A model generated the notes under the pieces. It did no database searches. It was not told where the DNA came from and saw only the letters and a list, made by a program, of their open reading frames with translations. 64,000 nucleotides of DNA. Origin: Acidimicrobiia bacterium (GTDB lineage Bacteria; Actinomycetota; Acidimicrobiia; Spongiisociales; ZC4RG35). The position numbers and the translations under genes are program-made. The DNA is taken from positions 10,717-74,716 of the forward strand of contig DATCZS010000123.1 in assembly GCA_036525795.1 (NCBI GenBank). Direction: 5' to 3'. Each line of letters opens with the position of its first letter. The stretch's first letter is position 1. Positions 9,987-19,432 of the stretch are shown here, in pieces.

Positions 9987-10750
9987 GCCCGCGTGCCCAC
10001 GGCGTGGTTGGCCAGCACACCGATCCCGTCGATCTCCACCTCGACCAGATCCCCGGCGGTGATCGGGCCCACCCCCGATGGGGTGCCCGTGAGGATCACA
10101 TCTCCCGGAAGCAGCGTCATCACCGACGAGATGAACTCGAGCGACTCTGCCACCCCGAACACCATCTCGGAGGTGAAGCCGGCCTGGCGTATCTCGCCGT
10201 TCACCCTGCACATCACCGCCATCTTCTCCAGCGGGTCGAACTCGGTCTCGATGGCCGGACCGAGCGGGCAGAACGTGTCGAACCCCTTCGCCCGGGTCAG
10301 ATCGCGATCCTGGCGCTGCAGGTCACGGGCGGTCACGTCGTTGGCCGCCGTATAGCCGAGGATGTACTGCGACGCGTCCTCTGCGGCCACGTTCCGTGCG
10401 ATCTTGCCGACGACCACGGCCAACTCGGCCTCGTGATGCACTTCGCGGGACTGTGGAGGGAGGACGATGCGGGCGTCGGGACCGATCACGCTCGTCGCCG
10501 GCTTCAGGAAGATCTGGGGCTCCTCGGCGACCTCGCCCCCCATCTCGTCCGCGTGGTCGACGTAGTTGCGGCCCAGACACACCAGTTTGGAGGGAAGAAC
10601 CGGCGAGAGCAGCTGGACCCGTTCCCACGGAATCATCGTCTCGGTGGCCTCCCAGGCGAAGAAGGGGCTTCCGTGGTAGAGGGTGACACCCCCCCCTTCG
10701 GCCAGTCCGTAGGCAATGTCGTCGTCTGTGCGGAATCGAACGATCTTCAT
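9983..10750 (-). CDS. Fumarylacetoacetate hydrolase (FAH) family protein
   Basis: FAH-family fold of 255 aa with C-terminal ...GDVILTGTPSGVGP. Confidence 0.75.
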   Translation of the reverse strand: MKIVRFRTDDDIAYGLAEGGGVTLYHGSPFFAWEATETMIPWERVQLLSPVLPSKLVCLGRNYVDHADEMGGEVAEEPQIFLKPATSVIGPDARIVLPPQSREVHHEAELAVVVGKIARNVAAEDASQYILGYTAANDVTARDLQRQDRDLTRAKGFDTFCPLGPAIETEFDPLEKMAVMCRVNGEIRQAGFTSEMVFGVAESLEFISSVMTLLPGDVILTGTPSGVGPITAGDLVEVEIDGIGVLANHAVGTRA

Positions 10751-10807
10751 CGGAGAGGAGAGTAGGGAACCGGGCGACGAAGCGGCGAAGCGGCCCGCCG
10801 CCGCGCC

Positions 10808-11287
10808 TCAGTCCCGGGCGAGGCGACCGCTCAACTCGGTGGGGTCGAGGCGCAGCAGATCCGTTCCGACCTCGGCGACGGCCTTGCGGCCCCTGGGCTT
10901 TTCGTGGGCGGTGGCCTCTACCCAGCTCTGCCTGCGCTCGGCGAGGTCCTCGCGGGGAACCTCGCCCAAGCCGCAGAGCAGCCTGGCCACCTCGAGGTCC
11001 TCATTGGTGGGGGCACGGCCGAACAACGCCGCACGCGCCCCCATCAGCGCAGCGAGCACCTGCTCGAGCGGTTCGGTTCGATCAGGGAGGTCGGCTGCCC
11101 GGATGAGACGGTAGGCGAACCCGGTGTCCGGGCCGGGAGTGCCGAACCCGTCTCCGCGCGGGACCTGATCCGGGGCCGTGATGACACCGGGCTTGGAGCT
11201 CGGGGCCCAGCGCCGGGCGGCAGCAGGCCTGGGCTCGGATCTGGGTCGATCGCCGGGGGTCAGTTCGATGTTGGGCTGCTGAGCCAC
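10808..11287 (-). CDS. Hypothetical protein
   Basis: Clean 159-aa ORF with coding-like composition. I recognise no family. Confidence 0.4.
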   Translation of the reverse strand: MAQQPNIELTPGDRPRSEPRPAAARRWAPSSKPGVITAPDQVPRGDGFGTPGPDTGFAYRLIRAADLPDRTEPLEQVLAALMGARAALFGRAPTNEDLEVARLLCGLGEVPREDLAERRQSWVEATAHEKPRGRKAVAEVGTDLLRLDPTELSGRLARD

Positions 11288-11353
11288 CGTGCGGGTTCAC
11301 TCCGTGATGCGGGCCGCCTGATCATGCCGCCCGGCATTGGCTCAGGCAAGTCC

Positions 11354-11833
11354 TCATCCACCCAGTGCCAGCGTCACCAGCGCACCGGCCGCCAGCCCGT
11401 AGCCGCCCGCCACGAGATCGTCGGCCGTGATGCCCACGCCGCCGCCGAGCCGTTCCGCCGCGGCCACACCGGGAAATGCCGATTTGAAGATGTCCGCAGC
11501 CCGGAACACGGCCCACGCCACCAGGGCCGCCGGGACTCCCAGACCGATCGTCGCCACGAAGGTCCCGGCCGCCTCGTCGACGACCACCCAGCCGGGGTCA
11601 CCTTCCTTGCCTCCCTCCCGGGCCGGGTCGGAGGCAAAGGGCGAGCTGGCCCACACCGAGACGATCCCCACGACGACCGCCGCCGCCAGCTGCGCCCCCC
11701 ATCCGAGCCGACCGAGAAGAAGCGCCATCCCGAGCGCGAGGACCGACCCGACGGTGCCGGACCCCATGTCGGAGCCACGCCACCGCCGCAGGAGCAAACC
11801 TGTCCCGAACCACGAGGCGATGAGGCGGCGCAT
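11354..11833 (-). CDS. pgpA: Phosphatidylglycerophosphatase A
   Basis: PgpA-like membrane protein (DPGWVVVDE motif, about 159 aa). Confidence 0.7.
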   Translation of the reverse strand: MRRLIASWFGTGLLLRRWRGSDMGSGTVGSVLALGMALLLGRLGWGAQLAAAVVVGIVSVWASSPFASDPAREGGKEGDPGWVVVDEAAGTFVATIGLGVPAALVAWAVFRAADIFKSAFPGVAAAERLGGGVGITADDLVAGGYGLAAGALVTLALGG

Positions 11834-11886
11834 GCCAGGCAGCGTACCGATGGGCGGTATCGTCGGCGCTCAAACCTGGAGGAGCC

Positions 11887-13773
11887 TTGAAGCCAGCCGA
11901 TCTCGAACGCATCGTCACCGCCGGGTCCCCGGCCGTCCACGGCGATCGGATCGCGTATGTGGTCACCAGAATGGATCTGGAAGGTGACCGCTACGTCAGA
12001 GAGGTCTGGCTGGCCAGAGGCTCCCAGACCGCCCGGCTCACCGCCGGGCCCGGCGATGCTGCACCGGAGTGGAGCCCGGACGGCACCCGCCTCGCATTCC
12101 TCCGTCGCGTGGGAGACAAGCCCCAGGTGGCGGTGATACCCGTCGACGGCGGGGAGGCCGAGGTGCTCACGGACTTCGCATTGGGGGCGGAGGCGATTCG
12201 ATGGTCGCCGGCCGGCGACGCCATCGTGGCGGTCGGAGTCGAATGGATCGACGAGTGGTCCGGGATGGACGACGAGGAGCGCGCCAGACGCCCGAGGCGC
12301 GTGACGACGGTCCCCTACCGCTTCGACAACAAGGGATGGACCCACGACCGCAGGCGGCGGCTGTTCCTGGTGGATCCGGCAGGCGACGAGCCGCCCCGCC
12401 GGCTCACATCAGGCGATCACGACGAGGAGATGCCGTGCTGGTCGCCGGACGGGAATTCGGTGGCCTACCTGTCGGACCGGAGCAGGCACAAGGGCCTGGA
12501 GCGCGGCATCGACGTGTACGCCGTTGATGTCGCCTCGGGTGAGTCACATTCGATCGCGCCGCGCGGGAGGTGGACCGCCGCCGGATATCGACCGGACGGC
12601 GCGCTTCACCTGCTGGGCGAGGCCGGGCTGGAATGGCCCGGCGTGACCCGGGTGATCCGGGTGGAGGACGACGGAGACCTCACCGATCTCACCGGCCATC
12701 TCGACCGGGCCGCCGTCTCGATCTCGGCTGGACTCCCGACGCTTCGATTCGCAGGAGACGATGTCTACGCCGGGCTCGAGGACGCGGGCAGGTTCGGGAT
12801 CGTGCGCATTCGCCCCGACGGCGAGGTGGACCATCTCGTGTCGGACCGCCGGGTGGTGACCGGGTTCGACATCGACCAGACGGGCGCAACGATCGCCTTC
12901 ACGTCCACGACCGTCGACCGGCCTTCGGACCTGTTCGTGCTGGAGAACGACGAGGTACGCCAGGTCACCGAGCTGACGGCAGCCGGTGACCTCGACCTGG
13001 TCGCCGGTGAGTGGTTTCAGGTCTACTCGGAGGGCCACGAGATCGACGCCTGGGCCTACCTGCCGCCGGGCGCCGACCCGGTGCCGCTGCTCCTGAACAT
13101 CCACGGCGGGCCTGCCTCGCAATACGGGTTCGGCTTCTTCGACGAATTCCAGGTCTACGCCGCCGCCGGGTACGGCGTGATCGCCTGCAATCCCCGCGGA
13201 TCGTCGGGCCGGGGCGAGGACCACGTGCGAGCCGTGGCCGGCGACGGCTGGGGAGTGGTCGACCTCGCAGACGTCACCGCAGTCGTCGAAGAGGCCCTCA
13301 GCCGCTATCCGCGCCTCGACCCGAACCGGATGGGCGTGATGGGTGGGTCCTACGGGGGGTTCCTCGCCGCCTGGATCACCGGTCACGAGGATCGATGGCG
13401 CTCCGCCGTCGTCGAGCGCGCCCTCCTGTCGTGGCCGAGCTTCTCGGGCACGTCAGACATCGGAGGAACGTTTGCCGAGGACTACCTGAAGGTCGCCTAT
13501 CCGGAAGGATTCGACCGCTGGTGGCAGGCGAGTCCCCTGGCGCTCGCCTCCCGCGTCACCACGCCCACGCTGATCGTCCACGCCGAGAACGACCATCGCT
13601 GTCCGATCGAGCAAGCCGAACAGTATTTCATGGCCTTGATCCGCAACGGCACACCGGCAGAGATGGTCCGGTTCCCGAACGAGGGCCACGAGATGAGCCG
13701 CTCCGGTTCGCCCCGACACCGCCTGGAGCGGTTCGAGGCGATCCTCGACTGGCACGCCCGCCACCTGGGGTGA
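11887..13773 (+). CDS. S9 family peptidase (acylaminoacyl-peptidase/prolyl-oligopeptidase type)
   Basis: N-terminal beta-propeller region plus a C-terminal alpha/beta hydrolase domain with nucleophile elbow GGSYGGF and a His near the C-terminus. Confidence 0.8.
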   Translation: MKPADLERIVTAGSPAVHGDRIAYVVTRMDLEGDRYVREVWLARGSQTARLTAGPGDAAPEWSPDGTRLAFLRRVGDKPQVAVIPVDGGEAEVLTDFALGAEAIRWSPAGDAIVAVGVEWIDEWSGMDDEERARRPRRVTTVPYRFDNKGWTHDRRRRLFLVDPAGDEPPRRLTSGDHDEEMPCWSPDGNSVAYLSDRSRHKGLERGIDVYAVDVASGESHSIAPRGRWTAAGYRPDGALHLLGEAGLEWPGVTRVIRVEDDGDLTDLTGHLDRAAVSISAGLPTLRFAGDDVYAGLEDAGRFGIVRIRPDGEVDHLVSDRRVVTGFDIDQTGATIAFTSTTVDRPSDLFVLENDEVRQVTELTAAGDLDLVAGEWFQVYSEGHEIDAWAYLPPGADPVPLLLNIHGGPASQYGFGFFDEFQVYAAAGYGVIACNPRGSSGRGEDHVRAVAGDGWGVVDLADVTAVVEEALSRYPRLDPNRMGVMGGSYGGFLAAWITGHEDRWRSAVVERALLSWPSFSGTSDIGGTFAEDYLKVAYPEGFDRWWQASPLALASRVTTPTLIVHAENDHRCPIEQAEQYFMALIRNGTPAEMVRFPNEGHEMSRSGSPRHRLERFEAILDWHARHLG

Positions 13774-13779
13774 GCCCGG

Positions 13780-15357
13780 TCAGAGCTCGAGATACGTCGC
13801 TTCGATGATCCCCGGCAGCGAGCGAAGCGCCTCGACCTGGGTGTCGGTCATCGCCTCGTCGAGATTCAATCCCATGAGCGCCGATTCCCCGGTGATCACC
13901 GACCGGCCCACCACCATGTTGGCGATGTTGACGCGCTCCTGACCCAGGTAGGTACCGACCCGTCCGATCACCCCGGGGGTGTCTGCGTTGCGGACGATCG
14001 CCATGTGCTCGGAGAGCGGCAGCTCCACCTCGTGGCCCATGATGTCGACCAGCATCGGGCCCTTGCGCGCAATCGTGCCCGCCAGCGAGACCTCGTGGTC
14101 CTCGAAGGTGCCTGAGAGCCGGAGCACCGAGATGTACTCGTCGGTCTCGGACGACGCCTCGAGATCGATGCGCAGTCCGCGCTCCTCCGCGATCCTGCTC
14201 GCATTCACATACGTGACCGGTTCGGCCGACACGCCCGACAGGAGCCCCTTGACCACCGCAAGCCGGATGGGCTTGAGGTCGTAGTCGGCCAGGCGCCCCT
14301 CGGCCCTCAGCGTGATCGAGGCCGAGAGGTCGCGACCGAGGCCGACGAATGCCTTCCCGAGACGCTCTGCCAATGGGAGGAATGCCCGCACATCCTCCCC
14401 CACCTCACGTCCCAGGTCGACGTTGACCGCCGAGAGCACCAGCTCGCCCGCGAGGGCAGCGGCGACCGCAGCGGCGACATCGGTCCCCGCCTTGTCCTGG
14501 GCCTCGGTGGTCGACGCCCCCAGATGCGGGGTGAGCACCACCGAGGGAAGCTCGAACAGGCGGCTTTCGGTCAGCGGCTCGACTGCGAAGACATCGAGCG
14601 CCGCCCCGCCGACGTGGCCGGAGGCAACCGAGTCCGCCAGCGCGTCCTCGTCGATGATCCCCCCGCGGGACGTGTTGACGATCCGGACCCCCGGCTTCAA
14701 CTTCGCCAGGTTCTCCGCGCCGAGCAGGCCCTCGGTCTCTTTCGTCTTGGGCAGGTGGATGGTGATGAAGTCCGCCACCGCGAAGAGGTCGTCGAGAGCC
14801 AGGATGTCGACTCCCAGGCGACGCCCGCGCTCGTCGGAGACGAACGGGTCGTACGCGACCACTCGCATCCCGAAGGCGAGCGCACGTTGCGCGACCAGCG
14901 TCCCGATCTTGCCGAGCCCGATCACTCCCAGGGTCTTGCCGTGGAGCTCGACGCCCTGGTAGCTCTTCCTGTCCCACGACCCCCTCACGAGCGCGCCGTG
15001 GGCCTGGGGAATGTTGCGGGCCTGCGACAGCAGGAGGGCGAGCGTGTGCTCGGCGGCCGAAATGGTGTTGGCATGGGGGGCGTTCACCACCAGCACCCCG
15101 CGACTGGTGGCGACGGGGAGGTCGATGTTGTCGACGCCGATGCCGGCCCGGCCGATCACCCTGAGCTGAGGAGCGGCCTCGATCATCTGACGGTCCACCT
15201 GGGTGGCGGAGCGCACGACCAGTCCGTGAGCCCCGGCGAGGCGCCCGAGCAACTCCTCCCGATCCACGCCGACGGCGACATCCACCTCGCAGGAGGCTGC
15301 CAGGGCATCGATGCCGGCCGGGGCGATCGACTCGGCGACTACGACCTTCGGTTTCAC
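13780..15357 (-). CDS. serA: D-3-phosphoglycerate dehydrogenase with C-terminal ACT domain
   Basis: 2-hydroxyacid dehydrogenase motifs (GVIGLGKIG, the RGG..D region), 525 aa with ASB/ACT tail. Confidence 0.88.
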   Translation of the reverse strand: MKPKVVVAESIAPAGIDALAASCEVDVAVGVDREELLGRLAGAHGLVVRSATQVDRQMIEAAPQLRVIGRAGIGVDNIDLPVATSRGVLVVNAPHANTISAAEHTLALLLSQARNIPQAHGALVRGSWDRKSYQGVELHGKTLGVIGLGKIGTLVAQRALAFGMRVVAYDPFVSDERGRRLGVDILALDDLFAVADFITIHLPKTKETEGLLGAENLAKLKPGVRIVNTSRGGIIDEDALADSVASGHVGGAALDVFAVEPLTESRLFELPSVVLTPHLGASTTEAQDKAGTDVAAAVAAALAGELVLSAVNVDLGREVGEDVRAFLPLAERLGKAFVGLGRDLSASITLRAEGRLADYDLKPIRLAVVKGLLSGVSAEPVTYVNASRIAEERGLRIDLEASSETDEYISVLRLSGTFEDHEVSLAGTIARKGPMLVDIMGHEVELPLSEHMAIVRNADTPGVIGRVGTYLGQERVNIANMVVGRSVITGESALMGLNLDEAMTDTQVEALRSLPGIIEATYLEL

Positions 15358-15457
15358 AGTCTTCGGCTCCGTTCGAGGAAAGAGCCATTGTGCAGATTCG
15401 AACCGGCGTCGCCAAGACGACGCGTAGGGTTGAGGTCAACCGATCTCGGAGGACCGC

Positions 15458-15898
15458 ATGACATGGGACGCCAGCCACATCGTTGCCGCCGTCGACGGCT
15501 CCGATTCATCGCTCCGGGCGGCGCGGGCGGCGCTCGAGCTGGCTCGCTCGTCTGAGGGCGAAGTGACCCTGATCACCGTCGTCCGCCCTCCCGAGGGCTA
15601 CTGGGGAATCGACGGCGCCCCACCCAGCCCCGAGGCGATGGCGGCCGCCATCGTGCGAGCCAGGACCGAGGTCCTCGATGCCGCACTGAAGGCACTGGAA
15701 ACGGACGGGCTGACCGTGAACACGGTGGAAGAGATCGGCGATCCGGCCACGTCGATCCTCAACCACTGCGCCGAGGCGGGAACCACGGTGCTCTTCGTGG
15801 GCAGGCGGGGATCGGGATTCGTGGAGAGGCTGATGCTCGGGTCGGTGGCCGACAGGCTGGCCCACAACTCTCCGTGTCCGGTGGTGATCGTGCCGTGA
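15458..15898 (+). CDS. Universal stress protein (UspA family)
   Basis: 146 aa with C-terminal GSVADRLAHNSPCPVVIV typical of Usp. Confidence 0.75.
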   Translation: MTWDASHIVAAVDGSDSSLRAARAALELARSSEGEVTLITVVRPPEGYWGIDGAPPSPEAMAAAIVRARTEVLDAALKALETDGLTVNTVEEIGDPATSILNHCAEAGTTVLFVGRRGSGFVERLMLGSVADRLAHNSPCPVVIVP

Positions 15899-15935
15899 AC
15901 AGGGCCTCACGTCCGCCAGAGGACCGGGCCGCCCC

Positions 15936-16754
15936 GTGACGCTGGCGCGACCTCTCCGCGACGCCATCGAGCCTTTCCACAGGCTGTGCTACTTCGCTCC
16001 CGAGGTGCGCCGGCCATACATCGAAGGCCTCGGACTGCACCCGTGGACGGCGTACTTCGGCCAGCGGGCGGCACCCATGGGAAAGGTCGAGGCGCCCGTG
16101 GTCACCGCCACCTTCTACGGCTTCAGCCCCCGCCTCGTCGGTCGCTCCATTCCATCCGTGTGGGAGGTGATCTCCCCGACCGAGGCGACCCGGTTGCGCC
16201 TGTCCACGACCGCCGAAGCCCTGCGGCGGGTGCTGGGCGACCTCGACCCGCTGGTCATCGCAGAGGCGAATGATCTCGCCCAGACCGCCGTCGATGGCTG
16301 CGAGTTCGCCGGCCGGCCACTCGCGGCCGGTCACCACGCCATCCCGCCCGACGAGGATCCGCTGGCCGAACTCTGGAGGAACATCGCGGTGCTCCGCGAA
16401 TACCGGGGTGACGGCCACGTCACGGCCCTGGTCCACATCGGCCTCGGTCCGGTCGAATCACTGCTGACCTCCCGCGGCTTCGCCGATCTCGATCCGCACA
16501 GCTACCGCACCTCCCGGGGCTGGAGCGACGACGAGTGGGGGGCAGCCTTCGAACGGTGCCGGGAAGCCGGATGGCTCGACCGGGAAGGGCACCTCACCGA
16601 CGCAGGCACCGCCGTGCGCTGGGAGATCGAATCCGAGACCGACCGCCTGTTCGAGGGCCCGCTGGAGGCCATGGGGCCGACCGCAACCGGACGCCTCACC
16701 GAACTCGTCGGCGGCATGTCGGCGGCGGTGCTCGCCTCCGGAGAGATCGGATGA
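15936..16754 (+). CDS. Conserved hypothetical protein
   Basis: 272-aa ORF. Its stop overlaps the next gene's ATG. I could assign no family. Confidence 0.4.
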   Translation: MTLARPLRDAIEPFHRLCYFAPEVRRPYIEGLGLHPWTAYFGQRAAPMGKVEAPVVTATFYGFSPRLVGRSIPSVWEVISPTEATRLRLSTTAEALRRVLGDLDPLVIAEANDLAQTAVDGCEFAGRPLAAGHHAIPPDEDPLAELWRNIAVLREYRGDGHVTALVHIGLGPVESLLTSRGFADLDPHSYRTSRGWSDDEWGAAFERCREAGWLDREGHLTDAGTAVRWEIESETDRLFEGPLEAMGPTATGRLTELVGGMSAAVLASGEIG

Positions 16755-17650
16755 CGTACTCCGAGCGGGACGGCGAACCGATCGCCCGCGCCCCTGACTC
16801 CGACTCCATCGGCGACCGACTCGACGCCGTCAGCCGGCCCCTGGCAGAGCGCGTGCTCAAACGCGCCATCGAACTCCACCACGACGATGTCCACGGTCCC
16901 GATCGGATCGCACGCACCACCCTCGACGAGATCGCATCCGAACTGGGAGTGGCGCCGGAGTACGTCAGACGGGCCCTCGCCGACGAACTCGAGACCACGC
17001 GTCACCCACCTCGCTCGATCCGGGAGCGGATGCTCGCCCCGGTCCGGGTCACCGGCGGGCGCGTCGTCACGCTCGACGCCGCCGAGACCCGGGCGTCGAT
17101 CGTGGCGTGGATGGGCGGCCAGGAGGGTCTGCGGCCCAGGGCCCGGGTGGGAGATGGCGTGCGGTGGGAAAGAGACCGCCACTGGACGACCAAGCTCCGG
17201 ATCGGCATCGGACGATCAGACGCCACCGGGGGGCTGCGAACCATCCCGACGGTGACCCACCGCCAGACCGAGATCTCCGGGTCCGAGCAACTCGTCGAAC
17301 TCGATGCGGACACTCGCATCATCTCCCAGGTGGCGGCAGGGATCGGCGGCGGCCTCACGGGCGCCGGGGCGCTCGGCGGCATCATCACCGCGGCGGCGAT
17401 GTCCGGCGGATCCGACCTCCTCCAGTTCCTGATCCCCTTCGCCCCCGCTGCAGCGGTGGGCGTCGGCACCGCCGTCATCGTCGCCAAGTCGTGGCTGGCG
17501 GCAGTCCGAAAAGGCATCGCCCGCGCACTCGACGGCATCGCCAACCCGACCATCCACGAGGCTCGCAGACGGCGCCCCTCCGACCGCCGGAGCGGGTTCT
17601 CCCGGGTCCTCCAGGACATCGCAGACGCCCTCGACGACCTCGGCCGCTGA
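16751..17650 (+). CDS. Hypothetical protein with a Gly-rich hydrophobic C-terminal region
   Basis: Starts at an ATG that overlaps the upstream stop (ATGA). About 299 aa; residues about 200-260 are hydrophobic and Gly-rich. Confidence 0.4.
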   Translation: MTYSERDGEPIARAPDSDSIGDRLDAVSRPLAERVLKRAIELHHDDVHGPDRIARTTLDEIASELGVAPEYVRRALADELETTRHPPRSIRERMLAPVRVTGGRVVTLDAAETRASIVAWMGGQEGLRPRARVGDGVRWERDRHWTTKLRIGIGRSDATGGLRTIPTVTHRQTEISGSEQLVELDADTRIISQVAAGIGGGLTGAGALGGIITAAAMSGGSDLLQFLIPFAPAAAVGVGTAVIVAKSWLAAVRKGIARALDGIANPTIHEARRRRPSDRRSGFSRVLQDIADALDDLGR

Positions 17651-17682
17651 CGTCGAACCCTGGGTTCACCGACGCCCGACGG

Positions 17683-18675
17683 CTATGCCAGTGCCGGGAT
17701 GACGTCGCGGGCGAACCGCTCGAGGCCAGACGAGTCGTACGCCGATTCGGCGAAATAGCAGATGGCGTAGGACATCCCCGCCTCGGCCCACGGGCGCAGC
17801 CTGGCAACCAGTTGCTCGGGGGTCCCCGCCATCGCCCGATACTGCCGCGCCACCCGTTCGGCCCTGTCCTGTGGGACGAACTCCGCGAAGTGGTTCCGAA
17901 TCCAGGCGAGGCGGTCCTCAACCGCTGCCTCGGTCTCCTCACAGACCACGTTGAAGTTGGACGACCGCACGATCGACTCGAAATCGGTTCCCACGTCGTC
18001 GCAATGGCCGCGCAGCACCTCCGACTTGTGGGCGAACTCGTCGACCGTCACGGCGAAATTGGTGTAGCGGGCGTATCTGGCAGCGACGTTGAGGGTCAAC
18101 TGCTCTCCACCCCCGGCGACCCACAGAGGGATGTGCGGCTGCTGGACCGGCTTGGGCTGGCAGATGGCGCCCTTCAGCGAGTAGTGCTCGCCCTCGAAGT
18201 GGACTTCGTCCTCGGTCCACATCCGCTGCATGATCTCGACCGCTTCGCGCAGCATCCCGATCCGCACCGAGGGCGCCGGGAACTCGTAGCCGTAGCCGTC
18301 ATACTCGTGCTCGTACCAGCCGGCACCGATCCCCATCTCGAGGCGTCCGTTCGAGATGACGTCGATGGTGGCCGCCACCTTGGCGAGGTATGCCGGGGGC
18401 CGGTAGGAGTTGCAGGTGCACATCTGTCCGAGCCTCACCGTGTCGGTGACGGTGGCGAGCGCTCCCATCAAGGTCCACGCCTCGTAGGTGACCTGCTGGG
18501 TGGGGACGGGGACGGTGTGGAAGTGGTCGTAGACCCACAGGGACTCGTATCCGGCCCGTTCGATGGTCCGGGCGACCGACGCCATCGTCGGCCAATGCTG
18601 GGCCCGGTCGACGCCGACCAGGTCGAGACGCCACCCCTGGGGGACGAAGGCTCCGAAGCGCATGAACCCGACCAT
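17683..18675 (-). CDS. LLM-class (luciferase-like) F420-dependent oxidoreductase
   Basis: Luciferase-like monooxygenase TIM-barrel family; about 330 aa beginning MVGFMRFGAF. Confidence 0.7.
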   Translation of the reverse strand: MVGFMRFGAFVPQGWRLDLVGVDRAQHWPTMASVARTIERAGYESLWVYDHFHTVPVPTQQVTYEAWTLMGALATVTDTVRLGQMCTCNSYRPPAYLAKVAATIDVISNGRLEMGIGAGWYEHEYDGYGYEFPAPSVRIGMLREAVEIMQRMWTEDEVHFEGEHYSLKGAICQPKPVQQPHIPLWVAGGGEQLTLNVAARYARYTNFAVTVDEFAHKSEVLRGHCDDVGTDFESIVRSSNFNVVCEETEAAVEDRLAWIRNHFAEFVPQDRAERVARQYRAMAGTPEQLVARLRPWAEAGMSYAICYFAESAYDSSGLERFARDVIPALA

Positions 18676-18823
18676 ACCGCGCTCACGAGGATCCCATCGG
18701 GGGCGGGGCGTTCCCGCCGGGCGCGCCCGGCCGTTCGCGGCGGACCCGACGGCGGGCAGGGCCCCCGGTGCAGCCGGAGGGTCGCTCCGGGCCGATCGGA
18801 CGCCGGCGCTAGCCTCCGGCGCC

Positions 18824-19426
18824 GTGGCTCCACCCATCATCGCCATCCCCGTCAAGCCGTTCGACATCGCCAAACGGCGACTGGCGTCGGTGGTTCCACC
18901 ACACATCCGGGGAGCACTCAGCCGCGCCCTGGCCGAGCACACCGTGGAGGTGGTGGCCCGCACAGACGCCATCCCCCTGGTGCTGTCGGCGGACGACGGG
19001 GTGACCGCCTGGGCAGAGGGCCGGGGCACCGATGTGCTCACGGACGAGGGCTCGTCTCTCGACCGCGCCGCCCATGGCGCAGTCACCTGGGCAGCCGAGC
19101 GTTCCTCTCCGTGGGCCATCCTCCACGCCGACCTGCCCCTGCTCCAGCCGATCGATCTGGAACTCGTGATCGACCACCTGGCGGCAGGCCGTTACGTCCT
19201 CGCACCGTCATCGGACGGCGGCACGTCGCTCATCGGCGGCCACGATCGAGTTCGATTCGCGTTCGGTCCCGCAAGCTTCCACCGGCATCTCGCCCGGGTG
19301 GCGGCGGCATCGCCGGCGGTCGTCCACCGCACGGGACTCGCCCTCGACCTCGACGAGCCCGCAGACCTCGCCGCCGCGCTGGCCCACCCCCGCGGCCGCT
19401 GGCTGGAGACCGTTCTCAGTGGATAG
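18824..19426 (+). CDS. cofC: 2-phospho-L-lactate guanylyltransferase (F420 biosynthesis; CofC/FbiD)
   Basis: MobA-like nucleotidyltransferase with IIAIPVKPF...KRRL at the N-terminus, about 200 aa. A GTG start is inferred. Confidence 0.65.
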   Translation: MAPPIIAIPVKPFDIAKRRLASVVPPHIRGALSRALAEHTVEVVARTDAIPLVLSADDGVTAWAEGRGTDVLTDEGSSLDRAAHGAVTWAAERSSPWAILHADLPLLQPIDLELVIDHLAAGRYVLAPSSDGGTSLIGGHDRVRFAFGPASFHRHLARVAAASPAVVHRTGLALDLDEPADLAAALAHPRGRWLETVLSG

Positions 19427-19432
19427 CCTGGT

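Noticed and set aside
8565-10211. 75-aa N-terminal extension on gltX, and similar extensions on the NifU-like, DsbB, TlpA, carbamate kinase, threonine-synthase-like and ferritin ORFs
   Set aside because: Starts were trimmed to internal Mets or GTGs where the conserved family N-terminus begins and where 4-nt stop-start overlaps with neighbours appear. The extensions are compositionally non-protein-like.
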